The notes under the pieces: model-generated
What the model saw: only the letters and a program-made list of their open reading frames with translations
The model's database searches: none
Told to the model about the DNA's origin: nothing
Position numbers and translations under genes: made by a program
NCBI RefSeq assembly: GCF_006345805.1
Contig: NC_043006.1
Coordinates: 71,424,001 to 71,488,000, forward strand
From: Octopus sinensis
Taxonomy: Eukaryota
Length of the DNA: 64,000 bases
Direction of reading: 5' to 3'
Part shown: positions 53,399-64,000 of the stretch, in pieces
Numbering within the stretch: the stretch's first letter is position 1
Layout: every line of letters starts with the position of its first letter

Positions 53399-53715
53399 TT
53401 TCAGCTTCGCCTTGTATTGCATATTATTTCTCCATACAGGGGTTTTTTTCAATGGCGGCCCATTTTCGCGGGGTTCCACTATTTCCCTTCTCTCTCTCCC
53501 TCTTTTACGTTGTCTGCCATCCCCCCTCTTCCTTTGCTAAGAGCATTTTTAAGCCAGCCCGTCATATTCCTGTGTCAGGCCGAAGAACGAAATGTTCCCA
53601 AGATAAGAGAGTCTTTCTAATCTAATGTTGTGGTTGAGCTGTTTATTATTATTATTATTACTATTATTAGTAGTATTAGTATTGTCCCTTTGATCCTCGG
53701 TCGAAAATTTGCTTA

Positions 53716-53752
<37 letters not shown>

Positions 53753-53920
53753 TTTCAGCTTCGCCTTGTATTGCATATTATTTCTCCATACAGGGGTTTT
53801 TTTTTCAATGGCGGCCCATTTTCGCGGGGTTCCACTATTTCCCTTCTCTCTCTCCCTCTTTTACGTTGTCTGCCATTCCCCCCCTTCCATTGCTAAGAGC
53901 ATTTCTAAGCCAGCCCGTCA
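53353..53920. repeat. Near-identical ~213-bp direct duplication (53353-53564 and 53707-53920)
   Basis: Both copies run ATTTGCTTATC(ATT)n ACTATTTTCAGCTTCGCC ... AAGCCAGCCCGTCA, with only a few differences. Confidence 0.92.
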
Positions 53921-54500
53921 GTTCAACCTTCATATATTCCCGGTGCACCCGCCCTTGCCCACCCCCACCACCAATACCGGATATCTCTATATTTTTGCTC
54001 CATCTATACCGGATGTCGCTTCTCCCACCACCATTATAGGTGTCTACTCTTCGAACCCCCCTCTTCAATACGCTATTTGACCATGCATTACCCCTCTCTT
54101 GATATCCTACGTTCTACTTGCCTAGAACCTGTCATCATTTCTCTGAACCACCCCTCCCCACTGGTGCTCCCCTATATTTCTCCCCCCCCCCCCACATAAA
54201 AAGCACCATCCGAACGTGGCCGATGCCAGACCCCTCTGGCACCTGTGCAGGTGGCACGTAAAAACACCCACTACACCTCGCGGAGTGGTTGGCGTGGAAG
54301 GGCATCCAGCTGTAGAAACACTGCCAGACTAGACTGGAGCCTGGGGCAGTCCCGAGCTCCCCAGACCCCGGTCGAAACCGTCCAACCCGTGCTAGCGCGG
54401 AAAACGGACGTTAAATGATGATGATGATGATGATGATGATGATATATATATGTGTGTGTAAATGTATTCTATACAGAGAATACCTATCACTAATCAGTAG

Positions 54501-54552
<52 letters not shown>

Positions 54553-54574
54553 TAGGAGAGATATGCAGTAATAT

Positions 54575-54985
54575 ACATCTGAAAGATCCTAGAAGGTATT
54601 GTGCCAAATTTTGGCATTGAAAGCTAACAAATGCCAGAACAGGTTGCCACTGAATAGTGCCAAAGATCCTAGCAATGCCATCATGCTTCAGGACCAATTA
54701 CTGCAACAGCTTTGGTTTTAGGGGCCCACAGTTTTTTAATATTCTCCCAAAGAGCCTGAGGGACCTACACAAACTGGATGTAGGTGTTTTCAAGTCAAAA
54801 CTGGATCTCTTCCTGTCAAGAGTCCCGGATGAACCTACCTTGTGGCAGAAGGTGCAAATGAGTGACATCAAACTCACTTATTCACCAAATGCCACATATC
54901 AGAGTAGGCTCTCAATAATAACAGTGTAGCAAAACAGTGGTGCCCCAGCATGGCCACAGCTTTGAGCTGAATCGGATAAAACAAT
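54575..54985 (+). mobile_element. CR1-like LINE 3' end (ORF2 C-terminus plus short 3' UTR)
   Basis: KILEGIVPNFGI...NSFGFRGPQFFNILPKSLRDLHKLDVGVFKSKLDLFLSRVPDEP, followed by the tail motif GGTGCCCCAGCATGGCCACAGCTTTGAGCTGAA. Confidence 0.8.
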
Positions 54986-56339
54986 ATATGTGTGTGTGTC
55001 CATCCCACACTCATATACTCACAAACATACACAACACACACTCAAAATAAGTGTAGTGTAATAGTTCCAAATAACAGTTTCGTGAACTCAAGGAGACCTC
55101 TTTTGTGTAAGTGTTGGTTGTTTAGCCCCTTCATCAGTCTCAGCTGAGTATACCTATGATCAAAAGTGTTTTAACTATGACCATCACATCTTTTATTCTG
55201 AAATAGTACATCCAAATCCACTTTACCCAATAATGAAAAATGTGATTTGAGGGAGATTTGGCTGCTACTAAAGGTGGGTCTAGTAATGTTGGGTTTACTG
55301 TAGCCTTCTCTACAAGGTTTAGTGGATAGTGTTAGTAGTCATGATCACTGCACTTATTGAAAAGTACTTGCCATGGAACTGAGGAGGAATTGGTGTGCAC
55401 CTCCAAATGGAGGTGGGGTGTGTGTGCTTTGTTCATATCTCAGCTAAAGTTAGATCAGTGTGTCAGTGAAAGTGTGACAATAGAACACAGTCAGACACCA
55501 TACTGATCATTAAGTGTGTCTGTGTGTGGCAGACACCAGCTCAGCATTTGTAGAGGCAAAAAAGTTTGTGACTCATCCATACTTCTGAGCAGATACACCC
55601 ATTTGATATAGACAGAGGACAGTTAGGAAGAGATTTTAAAATAAGTCACTCGCTCAGCACAGACACCAAAGTGACAACTAGAGGGAGGGGATGGAAGTCA
55701 AAGAGAACCCGTTCCTTCCTCTTACATCCTCCCCCACATCCATCCCTCAATCCTAAATTACTGTTCACCCTACTTATAAAGCAAGTACCCCCACCCCACC
55801 CTGCAACTAGTAAAACAGGTTATAGAACCATTTTTTAAATGGGTGGGATGTTAAAAGTACAACACACACACAATACAGTATATACATATATGTGTTGCCC
55901 CTATATATATATGCATGTATATACATGCACACACACACACACAACGACACACACACACACGCTTATGTGTGTGTGTGTGTGTGTATGTGTGCACTCATAT
56001 ATGATTTTACTGACAATGATTTTAAAAGTTTACTGGTAGTTTTTGTGTTGTCAAGACTAGTCTGACAACAATTGCTGGTGAAACTTTGAAGTCACTGTCA
56101 ATAAAAGTTATTAATAACATCTGGCTCTAAACCTGTAAAGAATCTTTTGTTCACTTATTGTACAAAGCTTCTATAATTTTGCATTTTATCATAAAAACAT
56201 CCTTTAACTACAACACACACAGACACACACACACAATGTTATAAAGTAAATCAAATGGATTTTTTGTTGATAATAATGCCTTGGTCACATTCACCAGGTT
56301 TCTTGAGGATGGTGCTGTGGAGGAAAGAGGTAATATTTA

Positions 56340-56660
56340 AGGTTAGTGATGCACTATTCGGACAAGTCAAGCTGTCCACATCCAGATTGAGTTGTCAGTC
56401 AATAATCCATTACTGCATTGTATTCAGGTCAGATTAATGGAAAGATCTATAGTGTATTGGATCCTTTTTTTTTTTTATCTCAAGATACAGCTTAATGTCA
56501 TCAGCATATTTTAATGCAGTAATATGCTTTGAGTTGGCATCTATTTTGTTTATATATGAAACAAAACAACAGGGACCCAAGAACAGATTTTTGAGGTGTA
56601 CCAGATATCACTGTGTAAGATGCTGAATATTTCCCTAGTACCACAATTACCCCTTTTTGA
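56340..56660 (-). mobile_element. CR1/L2-type LINE RT fragment (decayed)
   Basis: The minus strand reads VISGTPQKSVLGS(LLF) and KYADDIKLYL (RT boxes SGVPQGSVLGP and YADD), with frameshifts. Confidence 0.75.
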
Positions 56661-57987
56661 CTAAGAATGAAGACCATAAATTAGTCATCATACCCAAAGC
56701 AGAGAGTTTCACCATAAGTCATAAGAACTACATGTGTGTGTGTGTGTGTGTGTGTATGTGCATGCGCGTGTGTGTGTGTGTGTTTGTGTGTAGCAAGAAC
56801 TTCATATTCTCACAACTATGTACACCAACAAAAAAAAAAGCCCACTGCACCCCTCCATTGCACACACACACACACACACCACACACACACACACAAAATT
56901 AATAAAGCAAACACCATCACCACCCCCTGCAAGATATATAGTTCAACCCCCACCACCACTCCCTGTATATTTCAGCCCTGGCAACACTCCACCCCACCCC
57001 CCAATCCTAATACAACATTATGGGAACCAGATGGTCATAAACATGGAGTGAGAATATGTCATTGAAGAAGAATATGCTAAGATTATACATATACGATTAT
57101 ATGTGTGTATACATACATGGATGTGTGTGTATGTGTGTGTGTGTGTGTGCTTGTTATACTTAAGTGGGGTGGATGTGATATGGGTGTGCATGCATGCATG
57201 TGAGTGCATCATCATCATCAGTGAGCATATACACAAGTGTGTACATGTTATGCATACATGTGTAAGAAAGAGAGGGGAGGAAGGGAGAGAGTGAGTGAGA
57301 GAGAGAAATAGCGCGTGTGTGTGTGTGTGTGTGTGTGTGTGCATACATTCATTCATGTTTGAACATATGTGTAAGTATACAAACACTCGCACATGCACAA
57401 ACCAGCAATAACAACAGCAGCAGTGGCAACAACAGCAGCAGTGGCAACAACATTGTCACCACCACCACCATCAGCAACATCTTCATGACGTGTGCAAAAA
57501 GTGGGTGTCGGAGAGGTGGTATGAAGTTTATGTGGAGAGATGATAGCAATGAGATGAGGAGGAGAGACAGCCATAACGCAGCTGTAACAACCTTACACTG
57601 TGCTCAACACTATATGTACAACAGTATATATAGTGTTCAGCTGACCTGGAACATTGACCACATAACTATATGAATATACTTGCTCATCATCATCATCATC
57701 AACAACCTCTGGACATTACAGTCTCAAGTCTAGTTCCCACAGCACATAAGTGACCAAGACCACAACATTCCACTCTGAAAAGGATACCTGTTCATTGCAG
57801 AGCTACTAACCTACAACTGAGTGGACAGGAGCAATGTAAAAGTAGGTGTCTTGCTGAAAAACACAATGCACTTCCCAGTCCAGGAATTGAAACCACAACC
57901 TTGTGCCTTCACTGCATAAATATTTCACCTGTCCAACTGAAGATAGCAACAGAGAAACTATTGATGATTTGGTTCCTAAAATATTCC

Positions 57988-58215
57988 ATAACCCTTTCAT
58001 TACCAACCCAGCTGAAACTGGCTCTGGCTCTAAGTACAAATGTCTTGTTTTCATAAGTTTTGAATTAAAATCTTCCACCAAACCTTAGTCACAATTTAGG
58101 TTCCTAACACTAGCAGAATGATAACTAAATTATTTTACTAAATTCTTTATTATATTTAAAGTAATTGAAAGAAATACAGAGCATCTCAAAATAAATACAG
58201 TAATGAAAGGGTTAA
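57988..58215 (+). mobile_element. Second TTAA-CCC (piggyBac-like) MITE family; partial inverted copy at ~39720-39896
   Basis: ATAA|CCCTTTCATTAC ... GTAATGAAAGGG|TTAA. The interior matches 39770-39896 in reverse. Confidence 0.65.
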
Positions 58216-59680
58216 TACATTTTACTTTCAGAACAATTAAATGCTCTTTTGAGAGATCACCAATAAAATTTAAGTAATTCTGTGGCACGAATCCAGTAAT
58301 CTTTCTTTGTCTTTAGTAAATGGGGCAAGTAAGTTACATCAACCCCAATACTTAACTGGTACTTTATTTTATCAACCCTGAAAGGATGAAAGGCAAAGTT
58401 GACCACAGTAGGATTTAAACTGAGAAGGTAAAGTGTTGGAAGAATATACCACTAAGTACTTGTCTGACGTAATAATGATTCCGTCAGTTCACCACTTTAA
58501 GATGTAATTAAATAATAAGGATATAATTTTAGATGTACTTGAGGGAGTTTGTTTGTTTTTTTATCTGGAATGGTAAATGCATAAAAACTCTGAAATTCTA
58601 TCTCACAACCAACTTCAAGAAAGAGAATCTGTTGATGATTGATAAATTGATATTGACAATATCACATATTCCTGGCAGATAAAAAGCAAGTATTGCATTT
58701 ACTCTTAACTAACAGGAGAGTGCAAATAAATACTACAGCAAAAAATACTGAACTGCATCAAATGTTCAGAGAAAGAGAGTCAATAAGAAGAAGGTTGCAA
58801 AAATAGAAGAAAATTAAATGAACCAACATCAGGGAAATGCTATGAAGTTGCACTACAGGCACAAACTTACTATTTAACTTGTATCAAGAGCTGATATGGC
58901 AAATGTTTTAATTCAAAGTAGGTACAGGCATGGCTGAGTGGTTAAAATGCTTGCTTTCCAAACATGTGGTCTTGGGTTCAGTCTCAACACACAGCACCTA
59001 GGGCAAATATCTTGTACTATAGCACCAGCCTAACCAAAGCCTTGTGAGTAGATTTGGTAGATGGAAACTGAAAGAAGCTCATCGTGTGTGTGTGTGCTCT
59101 TGACTAGATATCATGTGATGGTTGTGAATAAACATCATCATTACACAAGTGAGGTTGTTCATTTCCAGTCTTCCATGAAAAACATGTAGCTATGGGAAAA
59201 GAATTACCTTGCTTGGAAACAGGTGAGAGTTGGTGACAGAAAGAGCATCCAGCCACAGCAAATCTATCTCAACAAATTTACAGCTAAGCCATGCAAGTAT
59301 GGAAAAGTTGACATTAAAGAATGGTGATGGTGGTGATGATGATTATCAGAAAGGGAATGAGGGATGGCGGAAGTGCTAATTATTTCACATCGCCAGTATT
59401 CTTTGACTGCCATTTGAAGAAGTAATAATTCTCTTCTGGTGATTGTGTTGACAACCATTTGTCAATAATTGTAGAAACTCACTTCTGTACAACAGTACAA
59501 TATGCAATTTGATATTTCATATATATCCTCATAGCATATTAAAATACATTTAGTTGTACAGTCTTGTGGGAATTTAGTGACAACAAATATGAATCACAAC
59601 ATGCTCTTGGCACAGTGGAACTGATGTGGTTCGCATACAATACATAAATGCATAAAATAATTTCAAAGATACATACAAGA

Positions 59681-59716
<36 letters not shown>

Positions 59717-59911
59717 TTTGATGTAATGTAAACTGAGACTTGCAATGTATTAACTTGTTTGAATCCTAGTTGCTGACATTGAAATCAGATAAAGTATAAG
59801 TGAGAAGATAAATACTAATATATAAAGAGAGGGACTGGTTGACAGATAGAAGTGTGATCAGTCGACTTGCTAGAAATAGCAACCAGATCCTCTCATTTAC
59901 AGTCAACTTCA

Positions 59912-60138
59912 TTAACCCTTTAGCATTTAAACTGCTATATCCAGTCAAAATATTCTACTTGCTTTATATTCAAACCAGCCAGATCCAACCTCTCATACTT
60001 ACCCTACAATGTCATTCTAAAAATAAACAATCACATGATCAAAATCCTGAAGTTATGATACAATGCATGATTAATTCAAAATGATGTGAATAAGTAAGAA
60101 TTACATTCGACAGAATAATCTGAACACTAAAGGGTTGA
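59912..60138 (+). mobile_element. TTAA-CCC (piggyBac-like) MITE; inverted copy at 36334-36531
   Basis: TTAA|CCCTTTAG ... CTAAAGGG|TTGA. The internal sequence is the reverse complement of 36334-36531. Confidence 0.65.
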
Positions 60139-60900
60139 AGAAAAGTGGACGATTTAATTTTAAATACCTTAAGATAGGATGGTCATGGTTAGAATGTCTG
60201 ATCATGGAACATCTCTATTAGTGCTGAGAAACATGATCTAACAAGGGAAGAGTTAGTTCAAATGCTAAACATAGTAGCCAAATCTCCAAACCACACCCTA
60301 TACTACAATAAGGACATACTGGATAATGTGGGCTTGGACAGAAGATGGCATGATCAGGACTAGAATGCTTTTAATCATATGTCTGCTCAATCATGACTAA
60401 TGTGGGACTAATGCATATTGAGTTGGTGGGCTCCAAAAGGTTACTTCACAATGGCAACAGTATAGTGTTCAGCTGACCTGGAACACTGACCACACATCAA
60501 CTATATGAATATTCCTCCTCCTCATCATCAACCCCTGGACGTTATAGTCTCAAGTCCAGTTCCCACAGCACATAGGTAACCAAGATCACAACCTCCCATA
60601 GCATAGCAATTCATCAGTAAAAACTGAAAGAAACTTGTCCCACACACACATACACACACATGTGTGTCTACATGTCTGTCTATCTGTGTGTATGCTTTGT
60701 ATGTTTTGCCAAAAATTGCTGAACTACAAAGAGTGACATTGAAATTTCTCCCATCAACAAGTCATCTGCTGGTTTGCACCTTGAAATACATGTTGAATAA
60801 GAGATCCCCTGCTTGAAAAACCGATAAGAACAGCTGGCTATAAAACAATGTCTCCATAATATGTTTGTCTAACCAATACTGGCATGGTAAAACATAAATA

Positions 60901-61071
60901 CAGTAATCCCTTGACTCTCACAAGTGCTACGTTTCAAAACACGCACAATAGGTGAAAATCCACGAAGTAGAAACAGTATTGTATATTTTTTTTATTATAA
61001 ATGCCAAACAACACCATGGAGGAATCAACATAAGCTTGAATAATAAACCGCAATACGGCAAGGAATTACTG
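60901..61071 (+). mobile_element. pogo/Tigger-like MITE; second decayed copy at ~39236-39450
   Basis: TA|CAGTAATCCCTTG ... CAAGGAATTACTG|TA. The internal sequence (AATAGGTGAAAATC...GTAGAAACAGTA) is shared with 39280-39320. Confidence 0.75.
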
Positions 61072-61483
61072 TACGCACACACGCACAAACGAGAAAGACA
61101 CAGAGTATAAACTAATACCAGTTGTCAAGCAGTGGTGGGAGACAAACACAAAAGTAAAGAGACACACACACACACACACATACGATCATTACTGAACCAG
61201 GCTGCATATTGTGTTCTCGAGCAAGGCGCTTTATTTCACATTGCTCCAGTTCATTCAGCTTTAGAAATGGATTGCAACATCACTGGTGCCAAGCTGTATC
61301 AGCATTTGCCCTTCCCTTGGATAATATCAATGATGTGCAGAGGGGAGGCTGGTATGCATGGACAACTGCTGGTCTTCCATAAACAACCTTGCCCAGACTT
61401 GTGCCTCGGAGGGTAACTTCTTGGTGCAATCCCATGGTCATTCATGACCAAAGGGGGTTACCCTATATATATATATATATATA

Positions 61484-61569
<86 letters not shown>

Positions 61570-62310
61570 TATATATGACAGGCTTCTTTCAACTTCTGTC
61601 TTCCAAATCCATTTATAAAGATTTTGCCAGCCTGAGGCTATAGTAGAAGACACTTGCCAAAAGGTGTCATGCAGAGGAACTGAATCTGGAACCATGAGGT
61701 TGGGAAGCAAACTTCTCACCACACAACCTATATACAAAAGAATTACTAATCATGGTCAACCTCAGACCAAAAAAAAAAAAAACAACCAGAAATGTTCCCA
61801 ACCAACAATGTATCCCCCAAAGCAATGACTTAGAACTCTTCTCTGTCATTCACCTTCTCAATCTGATGTATTTCATCAATCCCTCTTCTCCCCTACAAAA
61901 ACATACACTAAATAATCCCCGTATACAAAGAGCACATGTCATTGCAAAAATGCTTTCTTTAAGATAGCATGTTAGCACATGTGTGTGTGTGTCATTATGA
62001 TTTCCTGCCTACATTCCATGCTTAATGTCAAGTAAATATATTATTTCAAGTCAAAAATTTCATTATAAGATACTACGGAGTTTCTTAACACTGCAATGGC
62101 CTTGAGGATGTGTGTGTTTGGATGTAGAAACAAAATGAAACAAAAAAAATAAATAAAATAACTTCATCTTGAGGAATATGATTCAATGGTGAAACTCTGA
62201 GCAGTAACCAAGCAGAACCTCATCTCTGAGGAATATAATACATGCAATAAAAGTTAAATATGTATGTAAATATATTCATATATGCAAGTAGATGTATGTA
62301 AGTATATGTA

Positions 62311-62348
<38 letters not shown>

Positions 62349-64000
62349 CATACACACACACATGTATGCATGTGATTGTACATAGATACACACAAGTAAA
62401 TACACTCATACACACAGACATGTGTGTGTGCACACACACACACACCCTACAGCACTTGGAAAAATCTAAAAAATATTAAGAAATTGTAGGAATTGTAGTT
62501 TTGCGTTAGCCATACCTGGAGTGGTTCCCGTTGTCCAACAAACTAGTCACACAACTAAAATCAACATCCAAATAATTAGTGGAGACTGAACATACAGTGG
62601 GGGTGGGGTGCAGCTTTGGTACTTTTGGACTGTGAGGATTTATGAAGTTGTGGAACTGTGGTGCCATGTCACTTTAACACTTCCATCCAGTAAAAGATAT
62701 ACTTTCTAAGTATTAACGTACAGGAACTAATAATGTCTCCTCCTCAACACTAATGCCACCGATGACATCTTGACTTTTACAATCACCACCGCCACCACTA
62801 ACATCTTTGCTTCTACCGCTACTCATGTGAGATAATGTGGTCCACTATGCCTGAAAATAGACAGGATGGTTATGGCTGGAACATCTTTGATCACAGGTCT
62901 GCTTGATCAGGGTTAACTTGGAGGCTAATCAAATATATCCTCATCACAGACACCATCACTGCTACTACCAACATCAGTCCCTAACCAACCTCTGCATAGT
63001 CGCTCAATCTGTTAGGAATAGCAATCAAATCTCCCTCAAACAAAGAAACATTAGAAAATGTAGTTCCAGACTTCCTAAAATGGGATGGTCATGGCACAAA
63101 TGTCTTTGGACTGTACCATTACTACTAACATCACCATCACCAACATCATCACTACTAACACATAAACCACTACTAAACATCATCAATATGACCATCACCA
63201 TGACAAACAATTACAACCCCCGACCATTACCACTGTGTTTGTAGTGGTGATGGTAGTTTAAAGAGAGACATTTATATATTAATTAAGAGAGGATAATTAA
63301 AAACTTATTAAGGAAAGGTCAGTAGTTTTTGGAATTGACAAAATGGAATGTCTTTGCTGTATTAAAGACTTTCCACAATCTTCTGAACTTTAGCTTCCAG
63401 AGTTCAAATCTCACCAAAGTTGATATTACATTCTAGTCTATCTCTGGATCAGTGTGAGAAGAACTGACAATGAAATGCCTCATGTTATTTCGTTATGCCT
63501 CCTTTACACATCCCTCCCCATCAAAATATACACAACATTGTGCCCATATAAGAAATTATCATTATTATTATGATAGTGAGCTGGCAGAATTGTTAACACA
63601 CTGTGTGAAATGCTTAATGGCATTTCGTCTGCCACTACGTTCTGAGTTCAAATTCTGCCGAGGTCGACTTGCTCTGTAACTTGTGAAGACAAATTGAACA
63701 GCAACAAAAATTCTTTATTCTTGAAAAACAAATAAAGGTTGGTGGCAGGAAGAGCATCCAGACATAAAATACTAAGCCATCAGCTTCCTAGTAATGGATC
63801 ACTCAAACTCACTGAGGTGTATGAACCTTATGTGATATTACTCCCTGACACAGCTTCATCATCTACATTGCATTCAGGCCCAACCCCAAGGACGTGCAAA
63901 GGCCATGAATACTGCCTTTCCCCCAGACCTAGCAGGTAAAGTAATACTGATGATGGTGATGACGATGGTAGATAATCAACATCACCATTACAGCTACCAC

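Noticed and set aside
53709-54080. ORF containing MAAHFRGVP... with a good-looking ATG context
   Set aside because: No recognisable domain, low complexity, and it lies within the duplicated repeat-like segment. Not supported as a gene.
57317-57673. 118-aa ORF with NNNSSSG repeats
   Set aside because: It is made of CA/CAG/ACC microsatellites and an 18-bp duplication; no splice or homology support.
42732-64000. First coding exon of LRRFIP (expected ...SAEDxALxxIARE)
   Set aside because: No matching sequence or donor was found on the minus strand; it is probably outside the window.

Overview
AT-rich, microsatellite- and SINE-saturated animal genomic DNA. The repeat families and simple-repeat load point to an octopod cephalopod (inference). 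The only real gene I can support is a minus-strand LRRFIP1/2 (leucine-rich-repeat flightless-interacting protein) homologue. Five coding exons have clean splice sites and matching phase: 42731-42645, 33265-33194, 19275-19105, 16522-16430 and a 2.3-kb acidic terminal exon 15125-12816, about 910 aa in total. The first coding exon was not found and probably lies beyond position 64000. The rest is intron or downstream DNA filled with decayed elements: a 1.64-kb palindromic (fold-back) Tc1, a full-length dead mariner, a DD37D relic, RTE and CR1/L2 LINE fragments, a Helitron-like element, several MITEs and at least five SINE-like families. One intron holds a 7.5-kb strand-asymmetric (TA/CA) mega-microsatellite. 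Top second-look items: (1) an FFAT-like motif, a LIR-like motif and a polybasic tail in the long terminal exon; (2) an internal splice donor at the position where vertebrate LRRFIP1 switches C-termini; (3) the Tc1 hairpin; (4) several minimal hammerhead-ribozyme-like relics; (5) the mega-microsatellite; (6) head-to-tail SINE arrays; (7) a SINE/LINE shared 3' stem-loop. No CRISPR, rRNA or bona fide tRNA gene is evident.
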